Assembly: GCA_036826375.1 (NCBI GenBank)
Contig: DAISWL010000002.1
Span: 37,157-101,156, forward strand
Origin: Candidatus Saccharimonadota bacterium
Lineage (GTDB): Bacteria; Patescibacteriota; Saccharimonadia; Saccharimonadales; HK-STAS-PATE-42
Length of the DNA stretch: 64,000 nucleotides
Direction of reading: 5' to 3'
Part shown: in pieces, positions 59,830 through 64,000 of the stretch
How the letters are laid out: every line of letters begins with the position of its first letter
Numbering within the stretch: the first letter of the stretch is position 1
The notes under the pieces: model-generated
What the model saw: the letters and a program-made list of their open reading frames with translations, nothing else
Told to the model about the DNA's origin: nothing
Database searches by the model: none
Program-made: the position numbers and the translations under genes

Positions 59830-60753
59830 TTAAGGGTTCAGAACATTCTGAGGCTTTCCTTTTATGAAAGCCTCTACGTTATCCATCATCATGTCGTTAC
59901 CGTTCTTTATGCTAGACTGAGCATTGTAAGCAATATGCGGTGTACATAGAATATTATCAATTTTTAGGCATTTTAGATAATCTGCATTACCAGTATCTCC
60001 AACCAATATGTCAGCAAAATCTAAGGCCGCTTTGTAGGTATGGCGAGATTGAACACTTTTTATTAAAGCGTTAAGGTTTAATGTTTGGTTTCTAGAAATT
60101 GATATGAAGGAAGAACCTTTCTTTGTTGAACTAAAAAACTCTTCATTCAGCAAACCTTTAGTATCGGGGTTCTCTGGCAAGGTATTTATTATAAAATCGA
60201 CATCTCCACTTAAGCTTAGTAAGTTATCACCACGCCTAAATACATTAACGCGCATTCCGAGCGCCTCAGAAACTTCAGCAATTCGGCCGCCTATATGTCC
60301 ACCGCCAAGTACTAGAAGATTCTTACCGAGTAGCCCCATATTAACGGGGGGTAAGGCTCCGTCTTTTCTAAATTCTTCTTTGGAATTAAGGAATCTTGTA
60401 AAATCTCTTGATATCTCTAGTAACATCCATATGATCCATTCCGTGACAGATTCTTTGTTTATTCCAGGAGCATTGGAAACGGTAACATTATTATTTTTCA
60501 TTAAATCTAAATCTAGAAATGCTACACTCACAAAGTTTACGGTAACGTAACAATTTTTTAATTCTGGATATGCAACATCCAGCCCTGCGGTGCCGGAACA
60601 AATAATATCCGCCCCTTTAATTATCTCCAGGTAGTCACTTTTAGATTTTGGAAGAGGGTTAAAGAACTTAACATCCCCAAGGGATTCTAGCCTTTCAATC
60701 TGAGCAACTGAAAGATCTTGGCTATTTGTTACAACTATTTTGAACTTTCTCAT
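59830..60753 (-). CDS. D-isomer-specific 2-hydroxyacid dehydrogenase family protein (NAD-binding)
   Basis: 307 aa; NAD-binding GxGxxG in the form VLGGGHIGGRIA; catalytic-domain blocks (TPHIA). Confidence 0.75.
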   Translation of the reverse strand: MRKFKIVVTNSQDLSVAQIERLESLGDVKFFNPLPKSKSDYLEIIKGADIICSGTAGLDVAYPELKNCYVTVNFVSVAFLDLDLMKNNNVTVSNAPGINKESVTEWIIWMLLEISRDFTRFLNSKEEFRKDGALPPVNMGLLGKNLLVLGGGHIGGRIAEVSEALGMRVNVFRRGDNLLSLSGDVDFIINTLPENPDTKGLLNEEFFSSTKKGSSFISISRNQTLNLNALIKSVQSRHTYKAALDFADILVGDTGNADYLKCLKIDNILCTPHIAYNAQSSIKNGNDMMMDNVEAFIKGKPQNVLNP

Positions 60754-60775
60754 TGGTGTATTAATTATAGCAGGG

Positions 60776-61645
60776 CTACTTCAAATCTTTAAGATCTAAT
60801 ACAAAGGTGGCCATCTGAGGTTTATCATTAATATTAAGCTCTACGAATAGCTTATAGATGCCCTCTTTAGGGAATAAGATATTAAACTTAATGTCGCCAG
60901 TATCCTTATCTTTTACAATTTGTTCACTATTTATAAAAGCAAGATCCATACCTCCCTGCCTGAAGGCATAAACTCTAGCAGCCATATCGTTAAGAGACTT
61001 GGCATCTTTGAAAGCCGTCCCTCCTTTATTAAAGCTTAACACTACTGAACGATTTAAACCCTTGCCTTCACGCCAGCCATCAAGATTAATCGTGACCCCA
61101 TCTAAAATTTCGCTTGCTCTCACGTCGCCAAAAGCCTCAACCTTGTAAAGAGCCTTGTTGCCTACTGTAATATCAGTTTTAATTGTTATTTCGTGTTGCT
61201 CAAATAAAGTATTACGCATTTGTTGAGCCTTAAAATTTACAAACATACGATAGTTAGCATCAGCTCCAAAGTTATAGTTTTTAACTATAAATTCACCGGT
61301 AGCGGCATTATACTCGGGCTCTAGAATAGTAAGCTTATTAATATCAGTTCTGAGCAAGAATATATATGCCATCTTGGTATCTTTTTGAACAAATTGTTTT
61401 TGAACCTCACCGGTTTGATTTAAAATACTAAACTTAATATCTTGTGCTACGTTCGGCTCGAAATGATTCGAGCTGAGCTTAAGAGTATACTTTATAGCGT
61501 CTTCAGACTTCGAGGAATTAGATTCGGCCCCGTTGCTTGTAATGGTATTTTTACTGCCCCTGAACAATAGTACCGCTGCCACAGCTAGTAAAATCAAGAT
61601 AAACAATAAGGCAACAAATACCGCAGTTTTCATTCCTTTACTCAT
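60776..61645 (-). CDS. hypothetical membrane-anchored/secreted protein
   Basis: 289 aa with an N-terminal TM/signal anchor (AVFVALLFILILLAVAAVLLF); no recognisable domain. Confidence 0.45.
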   Translation of the reverse strand: MSKGMKTAVFVALLFILILLAVAAVLLFRGSKNTITSNGAESNSSKSEDAIKYTLKLSSNHFEPNVAQDIKFSILNQTGEVQKQFVQKDTKMAYIFLLRTDINKLTILEPEYNAATGEFIVKNYNFGADANYRMFVNFKAQQMRNTLFEQHEITIKTDITVGNKALYKVEAFGDVRASEILDGVTINLDGWREGKGLNRSVVLSFNKGGTAFKDAKSLNDMAARVYAFRQGGMDLAFINSEQIVKDKDTGDIKFNILFPKEGIYKLFVELNINDKPQMATFVLDLKDLK

Positions 61646-61923
61646 ATAACCAACCCCATTGGTAAGAAGTAACTAACAAAAGTTGCCACCACCAGTATTA
61701 AATACTCCATTTTTCTATCAATTTGAAAATGTTCATGTTGGGCAATTATTACTCCTATTAAAAACCCTACCGGCAAACTAACGTGATTTAAGAAGCCGAT
61801 ACTAACCTCAACTAGCCTAATCCAAAAAGTTCCTAAAATGAAGAATAGCAGTATTTTTACTAAATACGTAGTATCCTGTTCGGATGCAGAAGATCTAGTC
61901 TTTTTTGTTTTAGATTTTACCAT
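61642..61923 (-). CDS. small hypothetical membrane protein
   Basis: 93 aa with 2-3 predicted TM segments; overlaps the downstream gene by 4 nt. Confidence 0.35.
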   Translation of the reverse strand: MVKSKTKKTRSSASEQDTTYLVKILLFFILGTFWIRLVEVSIGFLNHVSLPVGFLIGVIIAQHEHFQIDRKMEYLILVVATFVSYFLPMGLVI

Positions 61924-62004
61924 ATCATAAGCAGTATAGCTTAAGTTTAATTAACTGGCAATAGAGATAAATTTATGCTAGAATTAGTTTCAGTATAATA
62001 ATTT

Positions 62005-62079
62005 GGTCCCATCGTCTAGTGGTTAGGACACCAGGTTTTCATCCTGGCAACGGGAGTTCGATTCTCCCTGGGATCACCA
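62005..62079 (+). tRNA. tRNA-Glu (anticodon TTC), CCA encoded
   Basis: Acceptor GGTCCCA/TGGGATC, D-arm TCGTCTAGTGGTTAGGACA, anticodon arm CCAGG-TTTTCAT-CCTGG, T-arm GGGAGTTCGATTCTCCC. Confidence 0.9.
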
Positions 62080-62081
62080 GT

Positions 62082-62106
62082 ATTCTAGCAATAGCTAGAA
62101 TTTTTA
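62082..62106 (+). terminator. rho-independent terminator after tRNA-Glu (stem ATTCTAGC/GCTAGAAT, loop AATA, TTTTT)
   Basis: Seen directly, 2 nt after the tRNA 3' end. Confidence 0.55.
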
Positions 62107-62299
62107 GTTTAAGTGATAGCGATAAAACTAAAAGAGAATCGAACGAAGAGAGTTCGGGCGAAGCTTTCCGCAAGCCAAGCGTCAGAGAGCTTATCTCTCA
62201 TTAATATTATTAAAATTAGAGTAGCACCATATTCCGTGAAGTCTTTTATCTAGCCCCTCGTTTATTATTGATCTTAAATTAATTATAGAATTAAATCGT

Positions 62300-63301
62300 T
62301 TAAGCTTTACTTCGTCCCCTGAGTAATTGTTTAGCTTTAATGACTATGTTGGTAGAATTAAGGCCGTAGCTAAGCTTAAGCTCTTCGTAGGTACCACTTT
62401 GACCGAATTTATCCTCAATACCAATTCTGTGAACAAGAGTAGGCAGATTCTCGGACAAAATCTCACCGACTAAAGACCCCAAGCCTCCGCTAACCTGGTG
62501 TTCCTCTACTGTTATAACTAGCCCAGTTTTAGCGGCGCTCTCTATAATAGTATCCTTATTTATTGGTTTCAAGCTGGGAGCGTGAAGAAGATCAGCTTTG
62601 ATGTTATCCTTTCTTAAACGAATCACTGCTTCTATAGCTTCTACAGTGATAACTCCTGTAGATATTATCGTGATGTCGCTACCTTCGCTAAGCTTAAGTA
62701 CATCTCCTATGACAAATTGTTTATTCTTGGGAGTAAATCCTTCTGTGGCCTCACGGGAAAGTCGTATGTACCCTGGCCGAGGATCTGCTGCCAGGGCTAA
62801 AGCAGCCATCTCTGCTTCGTTTGCATCGCCAGGTGAAAGAACAACCATGTTAGGCAAAGATCTCATCAAGGCTATATCTTCCAGAATTTGATGAGTGGCT
62901 CCATCTGGGCCAACAGATAAGCCGGCATGTGAACCAACTATTTTAACTGGCTGATCATTTAAGCAAATAGTCGTTCTTATTTGTTCCCAGCACCGCCCGG
63001 GGGCAAAGGCTGCGTAGCTACTAACAAAAGGGACCTTGCCCATCGAGGCCATTCCACTACCAACAGTAACCAGATTTTGCTCGGCAACTCCAACTTCTAT
63101 AAACCTCGATGGGAATGCATCTCTAAAAAGATGCATTTGTGTGCTTTCTGTTAGATCCGCGCTTAAGCCTACTACTTTAGTATTTATTTGACCGGCTTTC
63201 AATAAACCCAGACCAAAACCAACTCTGCTCGCTACTTTATCGCTGCTTAGATTTAGTTCAAATAGGGGGTTAGATGGTTTGAAAGATTTAAATTTGATCA
63301 T
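62300..63301 (-). CDS. transketolase, C-terminal (pyrimidine-binding/C-terminal domain) subunit
   Basis: 333 aa; matches the second half of transketolase (FIEVGVAEQNLV..., pyrimidine-binding and C-terminal domains). 4-nt overlap with the upstream subunit gene. Confidence 0.85.
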   Translation of the reverse strand: MIKFKSFKPSNPLFELNLSSDKVASRVGFGLGLLKAGQINTKVVGLSADLTESTQMHLFRDAFPSRFIEVGVAEQNLVTVGSGMASMGKVPFVSSYAAFAPGRCWEQIRTTICLNDQPVKIVGSHAGLSVGPDGATHQILEDIALMRSLPNMVVLSPGDANEAEMAALALAADPRPGYIRLSREATEGFTPKNKQFVIGDVLKLSEGSDITIISTGVITVEAIEAVIRLRKDNIKADLLHAPSLKPINKDTIIESAAKTGLVITVEEHQVSGGLGSLVGEILSENLPTLVHRIGIEDKFGQSGTYEELKLSYGLNSTNIVIKAKQLLRGRSKA

Positions 63302-64000
63302 AAGTGGCCTCCTTCAATTGCTCCATCAAGAGTGCGCAATCGTTTAATAGCATTCTTTTCCTGCTCCTTATTAGGTGCTTTACCGTGCCAAGCGGGATCA
63401 TACTCCATGAAATCTACACCTTTGCCTGGTATAGTGTGAGCTATTATTAAATTAGGTTTAGCAGTCTGACTCCTTGCTAATCTCAAGGCGCCGATAACAG
63501 ATTCTATATTATTGCCATCTGTCTCCTGAACGTACCAGCCGAAAGATTCCCACTTTTCTCGTAGATCCTCCAAGGGCATAACATCTTCGGTGTAGCCGTC
63601 TATTTGGATATTATTTCTATCCACTATACCAACTAAGTTGCCTAACTTATATTTAGAAGCGAACATCGCAGCCTCCCAAATATTACCCTCGTTTAGCTCC
63701 CCGTCTCCCATAGTGCAGTAGATTCTTCGGGTTTTATTGCCGTCAATGAGTAAGCTTAAAGCCATTCCTGCTGCCTGACTTAAGCCTGATCCTAATGGCC
63801 CAGAAGTACTTTCTAGCGCCGGGATTCTCAATCGCTCAGGATGTCCTTGCAGGCTAGACCCAAACTTCCTTAAGCTTAAAAGTAGATGTCTAGGGAAATA
63901 GCCGGCTCTAGCCATTACAGCATAGCGCGCCGGTACGGTGTGCCCGTTAGATTGAACCAGGATGTCCCTCTCTGCCCAAGATGAATCATTAGGATCATGC
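63298..64000 (-). CDS. transketolase, N-terminal (thiamine-diphosphate-binding) subunit, 5' end beyond window
   Basis: GHPE, the TPP-binding GDGELNEGNIWEAAMFA block and GWYV. The reading frame stays open upstream of the track's first Met (...HTVPARYAVMARAGYFP matches the KGHA.PALYA region), so the true start lies past position 64000. Confidence 0.85.
   Translation of the reverse strand, partial: HDPNDSSWAERDILVQSNGHTVPARYAVMARAGYFPRHLLLSLRKFGSSLQGHPERLRIPALESTSGPLGSGLSQAAGMALSLLIDGNKTRRIYCTMGDGELNEGNIWEAAMFASKYKLGNLVGIVDRNNIQIDGYTEDVMPLEDLREKWESFGWYVQETDGNNIESVIGALRLARSQTAKPNLIIAHTIPGKGVDFMEYDPAWHGKAPNKEQEKNAIKRLRTLDGAIEGGHL

Noticed and set aside
1-64000. Alternative genetic code with UGA as Gly (code 25), as in some small-genome lineages
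   Set aside because: Long conserved genes (rpoB, dnaE, fusA, tuf) are intact as single ORFs under the standard stop set in the provided track.
1-64000. CRISPR array or cas genes
   Set aside because: No regularly spaced direct repeats with unique spacers were seen; the only tandem repeat is the tRNA-Phe duplication.

Overview
AT-rich (roughly 40% GC by eye) bacterial chromosomal segment read with the standard genetic code. TAA is a genuine stop (rpsL/rpsG overlap as TAATG), AGGAGG-type Shine-Dalgarno sites precede several genes, and there is no sign of UGA recoding. The backbone is core information-processing genes: xfp; rpsL-rpsG-fusA; rpoB followed by an rpoC interrupted by a single in-frame TAA; dnaE; an SDR; pheS; yajQ; recG; lepA; murJ; tuf-rpsJ; tig; msrB/msrA; infA-rpmJ-rpsM-rpsK-rpsD-rpoA-rplQ-rplM-rpsI; a split transketolase running off the right edge; and four tRNAs (Leu-GAG, Val-TAC, Phe-GAA, Glu-TTC). 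Accessory content: (i) a ~4 kb insertion (about 25166-29228) that disrupts one copy of a duplicated HIT-hydrolase gene and carries a DUF4190/DUF4352 membrane protein, a ~270 bp high-GC (actinobacteria-like) DUF397-like ORF, a SAM methyltransferase, a long-linker ABC-F ATPase and a C-terminal remnant of a DDE/rve-type transposase; (ii) a 2H-phosphoesterase + CYTH pair directly after tRNA-Leu and next to the HIT locus; (iii) a tandem duplication of the tRNA-Phe 3' end plus terminator; (iv) a relBE toxin-antitoxin pair, two ABC exporter half-transporters, a second ABC-F and four paralogous MFS transporters; (v) an operon of an unknown 417-aa protein, a LOG/TIGR00725-like protein, a PfkB kinase and an MFS transporter. 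Throughout the window, in both coding and non-coding DNA and on both strands, the palindrome TTAAGCTTAA (core AAGCTT) is strongly over-represented. Taxonomic placement is uncertain: composition, small genes and many MFS transporters are compatible with a small-genome AT-rich lineage (possibly Patescibacteria-like), but that is a guess.
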